DNA of 37,959 nucleotides, from positions 1-37,959 of IMG/VR virus record IMGVR_UViG_3300025018_000292; one strand, 5' to 3'. This DNA is from a virus. Its lineage: Duplodnaviria; Caudoviricetes. Position numbers and translations under genes: made by a program. Within the stretch, counting starts at the first letter, position 1. Each line of letters begins with the position of its first letter. Below, one piece after another: positions 9,087 through 16,775 of the stretch. The notes beneath the pieces are model-generated. The model did no database searches and was not told the DNA's origin. It saw only the letters and a list, made by a program, of their open reading frames with translations.

Positions 9087-9640
9087 AGCCAGGCCTCGCC
9101 GAGCGACAGGGAATGGACCGGCTTGCCATTGATCGTTTCCGGCAAACCGGTGGAAACATTGGAAACAAGGAGCAGCCCGGCGATAGCCGGCGATTCCGCG
9201 TAGCGCTGCAGCTGGCGCAGGATCCCGCGCTTGGTTCCCTTGATCTTCACCTCGACGCCAATGCGGCCGATCAGGAAATCAACCCGGTCGCGGGGGGCGA
9301 GCCGGTGTTCACGGCTGAAAGGAATGCCTGCTGCCATCAGCACCGCTCTGATCTCTTCCTGCAGTGTGCTTTCAATGGAGAAGACGAAGCGATGGCCGCG
9401 CAGTGTTTCCGTGATCAGTTCGATCGCTCGAGGCACGGCAAGCTTGAATGACTGGCTCTTGGTGGCGTCGCTGAACAGGTTGTCATTTGCCCCGTCGAGG
9501 TTCCCAAGTCCGACTTCCTCACAAACAGAGGAATGCGACACCGATTGGTAGGGGCTTTCGAACCAGTAGCTGGGACCGGTCATGACATCGTAGGACTTGT
9601 GCAGAGTGTCACCCTGCAGCAGGCGGGTGTGCAGGCTCAT
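9083..9640 (-). CDS. Putative PD-(D/E)XK nuclease-like protein
   Basis: FSREHRL...RVDFL...GVEVKIKG...QLQRYA pattern; overlaps helicase start. Confidence 0.6.
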   Translation of the reverse strand: MSLHTRLLQGDTLHKSYDVMTGPSYWFESPYQSVSHSSVCEEVGLGNLDGANDNLFSDATKSQSFKLAVPRAIELITETLRGHRFVFSIESTLQEEIRAVLMAAGIPFSREHRLAPRDRVDFLIGRIGVEVKIKGTKRGILRQLQRYAESPAIAGLLLVSNVSTGLPETINGKPVHSLSLGEAWL

Positions 9641-9654
9641 TTCCGGTGTCTCTC

Positions 9655-9870
9655 AAACCATGGAACCAGCACTGTTGGCTGGATCAATTCAAAAGGTATG
9701 AAGAAAACCGTGTGGAACCGGGCATTGAAATCATTGAGGAATACGTCTGCCTTCCAAGCTGAATACGAGGGTTCGATTCCCTCTACCCGCTCCACTTCAA
9801 GCGGTTGAATGTATTCAATTTTCGTGCTGTTCAACAATTTAGCCAGTTCCACGGTTCCACACGGTTCCAC
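9655..9870. repeat. attP arm-type repeats ((G/A)TGGAAC(C/T)) including a 15-bp inverted repeat 9706-9720 / 9852-9866
   Basis: TGGAACC at 9661 and 9713; GTTCCAC three times at 9846-9870; AACCGTGTGGAACCG / CGGTTCCACACGGTT. Confidence 0.7.
9749..9794 (+). other. attP core: 3' half of tRNA-Gly(TCC), not a complete tRNA
   Basis: Anticodon loop CTTCCAA, T-arm GAGGG-TTCGATT-CCCTC, acceptor 3' strand TACCCGC-T-CCA; no 5' acceptor strand or D-arm; 82 bp from integrase stop. Confidence 0.9.
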
Positions 9871-9875
9871 GCGAT

Positions 9876-11075
9876 TTACGATTCGCGCATCTTGCGCCGG
9901 GCATCTGCGACCAGGCGCGACACTTTCACGCCATCATCACGGACATAGCCAAGCGTCGTTCGAGGGTTCGAGTGACCGGCAAATTTGCCGGCGATCGAGA
10001 TCCCCAATGCTTCCTCGACTTCGGTCACGGCTCCTGCGCGCGTGTCCATCGACCACACGTCATCGGGCACCCCGACTTCCTTCGCGATGGTTCTCCACAG
10101 TTTCGTGTATTCGCGATTCCAGTAGGGCAGGCCAGTGTTCTCGTTGACGATCAGCGGCCCGAACTTCGGAAGCGCCATCTGCGCCAGCACGGCCTGAACC
10201 ATCGGGTAGCCGGACAGGTCATGCGCTGGTGCCGCCTTGTTGCCCGAGATGTTGCTGGGCCGGAAAACCCCGTCCTGGTCGATATCGGCCACGGTCGGCC
10301 CTATCCAACGACTGCCGCCGCGGATCACGCCGCCGCTGCCGTCAGCGCCGGGCTGCCATTCGCCGATGATGTGGATCCGCCGCAAGCCGCTGTCCCATTG
10401 CAGGGCCTGGGTGAGCGCCAGCGAATAGGCGCCACGCCGAATCGCCTCGGCGACGATCGCCTGCGCCCATTCATAGGTCAGGGCGACCTTGCGAGGCTTC
10501 GGCGCCGCGAACTTCATCACGGCTAGGATTTCGCGGGCCTCCTGGCAGCCTGGCAGCTTCTCCGCCACTCCGTAGCTCAGGATGGCCCGGACCTTCCTGA
10601 TCGCGCCGTGTGCCGTCCGCTGGCCGCGTTTGAGCCAGTTTTCGTACCAACGCTTGAAGTCGCTGCCGCGCAGCGCCCCAACCGCCCGCTCACCGACATG
10701 GGCCTCGATCATCCTGAGCGATGGTTCATAGTCGCGCTGGCGGGACGTGTGCTTGAGCCCCTGATAGGGCGATGACGGATCGCGCCGATAACAGCTAATC
10801 AGCGAGGCGATGGTGCCATCGAATTCGATTCGCGGGTCAAACTCGCTGCTGACGGGTATGGTGAGCAGTTCGTCGAACAACTCCTGTGTCCATGCGGTGC
10901 AGAGCGCGTTGACGGTTTCCATCGGCACATCGGAGGGAATCGCCCTCGATGCGATGTCGGAGATATCGATCGGCGCACCTTTGATGGCCCGGGCCGGGAT
11001 CCAGTAGCGAAGCTCTATTCCTTCCGCGCCGGCCTTGGTCTTGTAGCCAGGTCGGTCTGATTTTACGATTTTCAT
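9876..11075 (-). CDS. int: Tyrosine integrase
   Basis: SGLR (R), DTRAG (R), AGHS..TT.GY (H, Y) catalytic residues; adjacent to attP. Confidence 0.88.
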   Translation of the reverse strand: MKIVKSDRPGYKTKAGAEGIELRYWIPARAIKGAPIDISDIASRAIPSDVPMETVNALCTAWTQELFDELLTIPVSSEFDPRIEFDGTIASLISCYRRDPSSPYQGLKHTSRQRDYEPSLRMIEAHVGERAVGALRGSDFKRWYENWLKRGQRTAHGAIRKVRAILSYGVAEKLPGCQEAREILAVMKFAAPKPRKVALTYEWAQAIVAEAIRRGAYSLALTQALQWDSGLRRIHIIGEWQPGADGSGGVIRGGSRWIGPTVADIDQDGVFRPSNISGNKAAPAHDLSGYPMVQAVLAQMALPKFGPLIVNENTGLPYWNREYTKLWRTIAKEVGVPDDVWSMDTRAGAVTEVEEALGISIAGKFAGHSNPRTTLGYVRDDGVKVSRLVADARRKMRES

Positions 11076-11314
11076 GTGAAGTTCTCCTTGCCATCGGCGG
11101 CTTTGCCGACCATGGAAGGATTGTTCAGGCCCGCGCGTATGTCAAAGTAGGTATCGACGGCCCGGCGATCGGTCTTGTTGATGATGCCATCCTTGCGGGG
11201 AAAGCGGGGATCTGCGCGCAGCTTCTTGAGCGCAGCGGCCGATATGCCAAAGAACTGCTGCAACTCGGTGTCGGTCATCATTCGCGGCGCAGCCGGCGCT
11301 TCAAAATGCTTCAC
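11072..11314 (-). CDS. xis: Putative excisionase / winged-helix recombination directionality factor
   Basis: Small basic protein overlapping int start; helix-turn-helix then FPR..wing pattern. Confidence 0.7.
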   Translation of the reverse strand: MKHFEAPAAPRMMTDTELQQFFGISAAALKKLRADPRFPRKDGIINKTDRRAVDTYFDIRAGLNNPSMVGKAADGKENFT

Positions 11315-11904
11315 TCTCCCAACTCCTTGCGGGCCTCGTCAAATGCGGCGTTGAGTTCCGACATCAGCGCTTCGGAGCCACTCGGCTTGTCCGGGTGGCG
11401 CTGCGAGGCAAGCTTGCGGAATGTCGCGCGCACCATGTCGATGGTCACTTTCTGCCCGGAGCCATACCCCATCACCTCGCGCCAGAGCCTCTTTCGGGTC
11501 CCCTCGGGCGATGGCAGGGCGACAAACCCGCGCAGCGTGGCCCGGACCAGCGCCAGGGTGCCATGGCGCAGTTCAGTGCGCCGGGCTTCCACCACGTGAT
11601 GGATGGCCTGCAGGTTGGCCTCGACGGTGGAGTAGCGATCGACGGGAATGCAGCGCTGCTCGCCGTCCCAGAGGAACCAGACCGCGACCGCGGAATCCCT
11701 CGGCCGGCGATCGGTCAGGCTGTAGTTCGAGGATATCACCAGATCGCTCACGGCCTTGCCGCTGTCGCGGCCAAACATGCGCAGCGAGTCCTCGACGTTC
11801 TGCAGCGCCTGGACGAGGCTGGTCTTGAACCGGCCCGGCTCGGTGGATTTCGATCGGGCGATGTGGTCGGGCCAGCAAACGGGAAACTGCGGGATGCTCA
11901 TCAT
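11311..11904 (-). CDS. J-domain (DnaJ-like) phage protein
   Basis: C-terminal FRKLASQRHPDKPSGSEALMSELNAAFDEA with HPD motif. Confidence 0.85.
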   Translation of the reverse strand: MMSIPQFPVCWPDHIARSKSTEPGRFKTSLVQALQNVEDSLRMFGRDSGKAVSDLVISSNYSLTDRRPRDSAVAVWFLWDGEQRCIPVDRYSTVEANLQAIHHVVEARRTELRHGTLALVRATLRGFVALPSPEGTRKRLWREVMGYGSGQKVTIDMVRATFRKLASQRHPDKPSGSEALMSELNAAFDEARKELGE

Positions 11905-12224
11905 TCACCCTCACACAAGAGCGCGACCGGATACTGCTGGTGCAGGGCGCAGGACGCGCAGAGCAGCCGCCGTTTTTTCGGGCCGATGCGCTGGGCAACG
12001 GTGTTGTCGGGCGAAAGCGCGCGGGCGATGGCCGGATTGCCGCCCATCATCATTTCCATCCCGTGCATGCGGTTGATGTTCTTAGCGTCGACCACGCACT
12101 GGCGGATCTCCACCTCGTAGAAATGGACATCACCGCCGTGCATCACGCCCTTGTCGCAGAGGAAACAGGCCATCAGTTCGGTGACGTCGAGCGGCGGGGT
12201 CTGGATTTCCGGCTGATCAGTCAT
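11901..12224 (-). CDS. Hypothetical Zn-finger protein
   Basis: CFLC and CASC pairs; overlaps neighbours. Confidence 0.65.
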   Translation of the reverse strand: MTDQPEIQTPPLDVTELMACFLCDKGVMHGGDVHFYEVEIRQCVVDAKNINRMHGMEMMMGGNPAIARALSPDNTVAQRIGPKKRRLLCASCALHQQYPVALLCEGE

Positions 12225-12528
12225 GTTTCTCGATCCTCCACACTGTTTCCTGAAACCGGAACGTGACCGGCTTGCCGGTCAGGTTGACAAGCGAGTTTGC
12301 AGCGCTTGCTATATCCCCGAGGGACGAACCGGGCGTGATCTTCAGCACATACGTGCCGTCCAGTGTTCCCACCCGGGACACGCAGGCCGCGACGTTGATT
12401 GCGTTGTGGATCTGCTCGCGCGCGCCCAGAAGGCTGTTGTATTCGATGCTCGAAAGGAGATGCTCCTCCAAGGCCTTAGAGGCCATCCAGTTGATGCCCG
12501 GGTCATTCTCGTCGATGCGGTGCATCAT
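12217..12528 (-). CDS. Hypothetical protein (103 aa)
   Basis: Start reassigned to ATG 12528 (AGGAG RBS, ATGA overlap). Confidence 0.6.
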   Translation of the reverse strand: MMHRIDENDPGINWMASKALEEHLLSSIEYNSLLGAREQIHNAINVAACVSRVGTLDGTYVLKITPGSSLGDIASAANSLVNLTGKPVTFRFQETVWRIEKHD

Positions 12529-13310
12529 GCGGCTGTCTCCTTTCGGGTGTCGATGTTGGTCAGCTTGACGGTGAACTCCAGCACGATCACCCAAGGATTG
12601 TTGCGCCACGCATAGGAGCGGTCGCTGACCTGTTTGTCCCACCAGACGCGGTAGGCCTGCGTTGGACGGCGGAACGGCTTGTGAGCGCTGGCATCGCTGG
12701 CGAGGTAGACAAAGGCGCGGTCGGGCTCGGCGATCCATGCTTCGGGCTTCTCGAGCCTCTCGCGAAGATCGCCGATCTGCCGCCTGCGGATGCCTTCGAG
12801 CAACGCCTCTAGGTCGGTCAAATCGCGCAGCCGCTCCACCCGGATCTTTGTGATGGTCAGGGTGATCCGGCTGGCAAAGCGTGGCATGTCCTCTGCGGCG
12901 CGCAGGATCCCCGGCGGCGAGCTTGGTTTACTCAGTCCCCTGGTTATCCACGCGTCCTTGTCGTTGAAGGTCCAATCCGCCTCATAACGGACCGGGCACC
13001 AGCGGCGGCGCTGGCTCTTGTCCCCGTCCTGCATGCCGATCTCGGCAGATGAAACCTCATCGAGGCATTCGGGTGCGCGCCATGGCTCCTGCACCCACAG
13101 GCGCTGGCCGAGCCGGTAGGGCATGTTGAGCGGCTTGTAGAAATCGCGGGTGGCGTTGGTATAGAGCCATTCGCCCTTGCCGTTGATGCATGGCGTCAGC
13201 TCCTGACTGGGCATCCCGTCAAAGGCCACGCGGCAGCGGGTCTTGCGCAGTTCAAGCAACCCCGGGACCATGCTGGCGTCGATGGCGATGCTCTTGTCCG
13301 GAACAATCAT
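12525..13310 (-). CDS. Conserved phage protein (ASCH/PUA-like)
   Basis: PY..GQRLWVQE, MPRFASRITLTIT.IRVERL, W..NPWV.V.EF motifs. Confidence 0.7.
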   Translation of the reverse strand: MIVPDKSIAIDASMVPGLLELRKTRCRVAFDGMPSQELTPCINGKGEWLYTNATRDFYKPLNMPYRLGQRLWVQEPWRAPECLDEVSSAEIGMQDGDKSQRRRWCPVRYEADWTFNDKDAWITRGLSKPSSPPGILRAAEDMPRFASRITLTITKIRVERLRDLTDLEALLEGIRRRQIGDLRERLEKPEAWIAEPDRAFVYLASDASAHKPFRRPTQAYRVWWDKQVSDRSYAWRNNPWVIVLEFTVKLTNIDTRKETAA

Positions 13311-13396
13311 AGCAGCACCGTCATCGCGGCGATGGTGCCAAAGGCCAGGACGATGGCAATCAGCGCCACGGCCCCCGGCATGTATGCTCTAACCAT
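13307..13396 (-). CDS. 29-aa hydrophobic peptide
   Basis: GGAGG RBS; MVRAYMPGAVALIAIVLAFGTIAAMTVLL; ATGA overlap with next gene. Confidence 0.5.
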   Translation of the reverse strand: MVRAYMPGAVALIAIVLAFGTIAAMTVLL

Positions 13397-13607
13397 GTGC
13401 CTTCCTCCGGGCCCGGCCGATGAAGAGGGCCACTCCGTCTGCCGAAAGGCGCGCTGGTTCGGCTTCAGGAAGCGTGACGACAAGGCCCGCGTGTTCCATG
13501 CGTTCGCGAAAATGCGCCGCCTTTCTGACGGGCATCGTTCCTTCGCAATAGGAATCCCACTCACGAAGCAGTTCATCCTTAAACGGAAGCAAACTTGTCT
13601 GCTTCAT
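13389..13607 (-). CDS. Hypothetical protein (72 aa)
   Basis: GGAGG RBS; fills operon gap. Confidence 0.5.
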   Translation of the reverse strand: MKQTSLLPFKDELLREWDSYCEGTMPVRKAAHFRERMEHAGLVVTLPEAEPARLSADGVALFIGRARRKAHG

Positions 13608-14187
13608 TGCCCCAGACCTCCCATCCTTCGCGCTGCTGGCGGCCGAAAAGTTCGAGCCGTTTGACGTCGCCGGCGTAGCGCTCGGCGCGTGTGTAGAAAC
13701 CTTCGGGCTTGCGGGAGTGTTCGCGGCGGGGTTCGACGATCAGCTGATGATTTGCGCGATCGTGGCGCACCGGGCGTCCGCGTCGGCCAAGAACCACGAA
13801 CTCGGCGTTCTGCCGCGTGGTCTTGCCAAGCCCCATGAAGAAATCCGCTTCCGACACGGCCTGGAAGAACCTGCCCTGCAGAGCCTTCTTGTTCTGCTTG
13901 AGCCAGACATAGGCGATGCCAGATGGCCGGAAGTCCCAGCTTTCCATGATCGGCACATGCGCCCCGATCGCCAGCAGCGGCCCGGTGATCCAGAGCATCA
14001 GATGCACATTCGGCCCGCCAGTTTCCGCCACCGGCAGTGAGGCGATCCAGTCGAGCGACTGTGTTTGATAGTGCCGATCCGGCGCGCGTGTGTCGGTTGG
14101 AACCTTGCTCTTCGACCACGATGCAAAGGGCCACGGCGGATCGGCTGCTATCAGCCCGAAATCGTCTTGCGGGATGGGATTGGTCAT
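13579..14187 (-). CDS. MT-A70 family adenine methyltransferase
   Basis: ADPPW catalytic motif, REHSRKPE, LELFGR, WGNE; start at ATG 14187 overlapping HNH stop. Confidence 0.9.
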   Translation of the reverse strand: MTNPIPQDDFGLIAADPPWPFASWSKSKVPTDTRAPDRHYQTQSLDWIASLPVAETGGPNVHLMLWITGPLLAIGAHVPIMESWDFRPSGIAYVWLKQNKKALQGRFFQAVSEADFFMGLGKTTRQNAEFVVLGRRGRPVRHDRANHQLIVEPRREHSRKPEGFYTRAERYAGDVKRLELFGRQQREGWEVWGNEADKFASV

Positions 14188-14579
14188 CTGCGAACAGTCT
14201 GCCCATTGATCTTCCGTTTCCATTTGGAGGTCTTGCCGCACCGCATCGGCTTCCTGGCCTTGTGTTCACCACGGTGCTTGCGCCCGATCTTGTCGCAGCG
14301 GGCAATGATCGGGTTTTCGCGTTTGGTGTGGTCTGAGTGGCAGGGATCGGGGTGCGCGATCCCCTTGTTCGACATCTTGTCGTTGCCGCGAAACGCCACG
14401 GCCTCGTCGTGGACAACCTGGAAATTTTTCCGGTCGACGGGCTCGCCGCAATAGAAGCAAAGGCCATGGCGAGCGTCATAGAGGAACATGCGGAACTTCC
14501 GGGACAGCTTGCGCCGCCCCTGCATCCCGGCGTCAGGCGGGATTTCTCGGTCTTTCCTCAATGGCTCGTAGCGGATCAT
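14184..14579 (-). CDS. HNH endonuclease
   Basis: CFYCG...H...GND..SN....HPDPCHSDHT. Confidence 0.8.
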   Translation of the reverse strand: MIRYEPLRKDREIPPDAGMQGRRKLSRKFRMFLYDARHGLCFYCGEPVDRKNFQVVHDEAVAFRGNDKMSNKGIAHPDPCHSDHTKRENPIIARCDKIGRKHRGEHKARKPMRCGKTSKWKRKINGQTVRR

Positions 14580-14590
14580 TGCGGCTCCTA

Positions 14591-14640
14591 AATGCTTTCA
14601 AAATGAATACAATAGGCAGCGAATGATTGCAATCTGCAAA
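14591..14640 (-). promoter_or_regulatory. PL-like early promoter (TTGCAA-17-TATTCA) with two operators (14596-14608, 14627-14639)
   Basis: TTTCA-AAA-TGAAT and TTGCA-ATC-TGCAA; 14591-14609 repeats at 15332-15350 with one mismatch. Confidence 0.65.
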
Positions 14641-14766
14641 TTTCAGGATTGTTATGCTCTGAGGATATGCTAATTTTCAGACGTATTTTTTAGTCGTAAT
14701 CCAAGCATTCGGCCAATTGATGTGCCAGCTTGAACCAGTCGGGTTTTCATGTGGGGGGGTGGGGTT

Positions 14767-14958
14767 TTGGCGAACGGCGAGGATAAGGTGCGGATTTTAC
14801 GGCGCCACGCCCTGGAGATCGCGGCGCAACTTCCGGAGGATATCCAGGACGCGCTGACTGTTCTTGCCATTGCGCGAAGCGCCGTCGAGCACGTCGAATC
14901 GATCGCCGCGGCGAACGACGAAAATCAAGGCTCCAGGGGTGTCAGGCTAAAGGTTTGA
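14767..14958 (+). CDS. Small hypothetical protein convergent with repressor
   Basis: TTG start (alternative ATG 14749); RRHALEIAAQLPED helical sequence. Confidence 0.55.
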   Translation: MANGEDKVRILRRHALEIAAQLPEDIQDALTVLAIARSAVEHVESIAAANDENQGSRGVRLKV

Positions 14959-15276
14959 TGCCGGCTTCCTGCCAAGCTTGATTTCGCGCGGCTCATCCTT
15001 GCCTCTGACAAGGTTGGGCAATTCGATCCGCATCTGATGATCGAGGCCGCGAAGATCTCCGTGAAAGATCCAGTCCAGGGTCACGCCCCAGCGCCGACGA
15101 AGCTGATTGGCGGCGTTCAGCGATATCCGCCGCCGCCCAGTCTCGTAATGGTTGAGATCGGTTTGCGATATCCCGGACTCGCGGGCAAATTCGCGCTGGT
15201 TGTCGAACCCGCACCAGAGGCGCAGAGCTTCGACGCGCGCGGATATTGCTTCGATGGAAGAATCAGGATCGCTCAT
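14947..15276 (-). CDS. CI-like XRE-family HTH repressor lacking an S24 peptidase domain
   Basis: NQREFARESGISQTDLNHYETGRR..VTLDWIFHG; start moved to ATG 15276 because the upstream extension is operator DNA. Confidence 0.85.
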   Translation of the reverse strand: MSDPDSSIEAISARVEALRLWCGFDNQREFARESGISQTDLNHYETGRRRISLNAANQLRRRWGVTLDWIFHGDLRGLDHQMRIELPNLVRGKDEPREIKLGRKPASNL

Positions 15277-15278
15277 GT

Positions 15279-15350
15279 TGGCATATTGCAATTCATGGTA
15301 AACAATTCGACTTTCAATTTGCATCTTGTTTAATGCTTTCAAATTGAATA
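15279..15350. promoter_or_regulatory. OR-like switch region with three operator copies (15279-15291, 15312-15324, 15337-15349)
   Basis: TGGCA-TAT-TGCAA, TTTCA-ATT-TGCAT, TTTCA-AAT-TGAAT between divergent HTH genes. Confidence 0.7.
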
Positions 15351-15360
15351 TTTATCGAGC

Positions 15361-15615
15361 ATGACCGAAGCCTCCGTTCCAGTGAAAGTCGACACGATTC
15401 GCGATCTCTCCGTCGCGTTGGGGCAGCCTGCCGTGCTGGCAGACGTGCTGCAGCACCCCAATCGAACCGTCAATTCGTGGATCAATCGCGGTTACATTCC
15501 CGGCAAATACTACCTGCGGCACACCAGAATCCTCGCTGGCCTCAAGATCGAGGCGCACCCGTCGATCTGGGAACAATCCGCTCCCCCGGGACATGAACAG
15601 CGATCGCCGGACTGA
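15361..15615 (+). CDS. Cro-like HTH protein
   Basis: Divergent from repressor; LG.PA.LA..L....TVNSW..RG.IP pattern. Confidence 0.75.
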   Translation: MTEASVPVKVDTIRDLSVALGQPAVLADVLQHPNRTVNSWINRGYIPGKYYLRHTRILAGLKIEAHPSIWEQSAPPGHEQRSPD

Positions 15616-15692
15616 TGGCGCGGTCTTGACTGTGGTTGCCTGTTCTCCAAGCGATGGATGATCCGGGCAGTGATTGAACCGATGTGTTCCAC
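15510..15692 (-). CDS. Small antisense ORF, candidate SOS-controlled antirepressor
   Basis: AAGGAG RBS before GTG; LexA-type box 18 bp upstream; 3' part overlaps cro. Confidence 0.4.
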   Translation of the reverse strand: MEHIGSITARIIHRLENRQPQSRPRHQSGDRCSCPGGADCSQIDGCASILRPARILVCRR

Positions 15693-15709
15693 GTTGCGTC
15701 TCCTTGCGG

Positions 15710-15724
15710 GAACAAACCTAGAAC
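15710..15724. promoter_or_regulatory. Alphaproteobacterial LexA (SOS) box GAAC-N7-GAAC
   Basis: GAAC-AAACCTA-GAAC in a short intergenic gap. Confidence 0.65.
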
Positions 15725-15736
15725 CGGGAGCGTGCC

Positions 15737-16105
15737 ATGGGTGACAAACCCATTGTCATAGATAGCAAAACCGTTGACGCGGAAGCCTTGGGCACCGCCG
15801 CCAAAGCCATGGCGCGCGAAATCATCACCGATTATTCCGCTGGCGTCGGTGACACCGTTCCAGCCGCGGCGGGCCGTGCATCGCGTGAGCTTGATGTCGA
15901 CATCGAGATCCTGCTGCAGGGATGGAGCAGGCCCGCGCGCGAGATGTATGTCTCACGCTGGATGCGCCTGTTCCTCGCATGGCGGCGTCATCGCCAGAAC
16001 CGGAAAGAGGTGCAGGGCTGGCGCAAGCCCGGCACTTCGGCCACGGCCCGGGAAGCGCTCGACATGCTCGCCCAGTGTCTCAACCTGTCCGACACGGACA
16101 CCTGA
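15737..16105 (+). CDS. Hypothetical regulator in CII-like position
   Basis: GGAG RBS; between cro and replication gene. Confidence 0.6.
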   Translation: MGDKPIVIDSKTVDAEALGTAAKAMAREIITDYSAGVGDTVPAAAGRASRELDVDIEILLQGWSRPAREMYVSRWMRLFLAWRRHRQNRKEVQGWRKPGTSATAREALDMLAQCLNLSDTDT

Positions 16106-16119
16106 GCGAGGGGCGGGGC

Positions 16120-16407
16120 ATGAGCATTCAGGCGGTCGCATGGGCGTTGGAGCAGGACATTCCCACATCGGGCATGAAACTGGTGCTGATCTCGCTGTGC
16201 AACCACGCGGACCGGCATGACCAGATCTGCTGGCCGTCCATCCAGACGCTGGAGCGCGAGGCGTCGATGAGCCGCACATCGGTCCAGAGGCATCTGAGCA
16301 AGCTGGAAGCCGCAGGCTACATCTCGATTTTCCCGACATACGACCCCACGGGACGCCAGAGGGCAAACCAGTATCAGATCCTTTTCGACCGGAAGGAGGG
16401 GCCATGA
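16120..16407 (+). CDS. Replication initiator N-terminal winged-HTH (HTH_36-like), only 95 aa
   Basis: MSIQAVAWA..KLVLISLCNHAD...CWPSIQTL...MSRTSVQRHL..LE..GYI...NQY. Confidence 0.8.
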   Translation: MSIQAVAWALEQDIPTSGMKLVLISLCNHADRHDQICWPSIQTLEREASMSRTSVQRHLSKLEAAGYISIFPTYDPTGRQRANQYQILFDRKEGP

Positions 16408-16425
16408 CGGGCTCGTTCCATGAGG

Positions 16426-16633
16426 CCACAACATGTTGTGGTGGGGGTATCAAATTGACACCCCCAAATGCAGCGCTTTCGACCGCCCCTTGTGCTGTGG
16501 ATATCCTGTTGAAAAGTCCATGGGGAGGGCTGCACCGGTGCGGCGGGGAGGGCCGCACCCATGCGGCCCGGGAGGGCTGCACCCATGCGGCCCCCATATG
16601 AAACCATCATACTGAACCATCATAAAAACCATT
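16426..16633. repeat. Putative replication origin: palindromes, DnaA-box-like 9-mer, three 23-24 bp iterons and A-rich repeats
   Basis: CCACAACATGTTGTGG (16426-41); IR 16443-65; TGTGGATAT (16496-504); GGGAGGGCYGCACC.. at 16523, 16546, 16570; AACCATCATA at 16602 and 16615. Confidence 0.7.
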
Positions 16634-16775
16634 GTTCCAGATCAACCAGCCGAGACAGCCAATGCCCGAACAGCCAGCAACCGGAACCGAACAGGCTCGT
16701 GAGGGTCAGGCACATGTTGTGGTGCCACTAAGCGCGGTCAGATCAGCATTCGAACAACAGCAGGGGAAAAAGCCG

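Noticed and set aside
9720-9794. Complete phage tRNA-Gly gene
   Set aside because: 5' acceptor strand and D-arm absent; anticodon stem mismatched; better explained as attP core
9637-9870. 77-aa minus-strand ORF across attP
   Set aside because: Shadow translation of the tRNA fragment and arm repeats
14753-14764. G-rich tract as phase-variation site
   Set aside because: Only G7-T-G4, probably upstream of the start codon; no supporting evidence
15277-15342. N-terminal extension of the repressor in the ORF track
   Set aside because: Region is the AT-rich operator/promoter gap between cI and cro
16523-16593. CRISPR-like repeats
   Set aside because: Repeats abut with no spacers and no cas genes; they fit origin iterons
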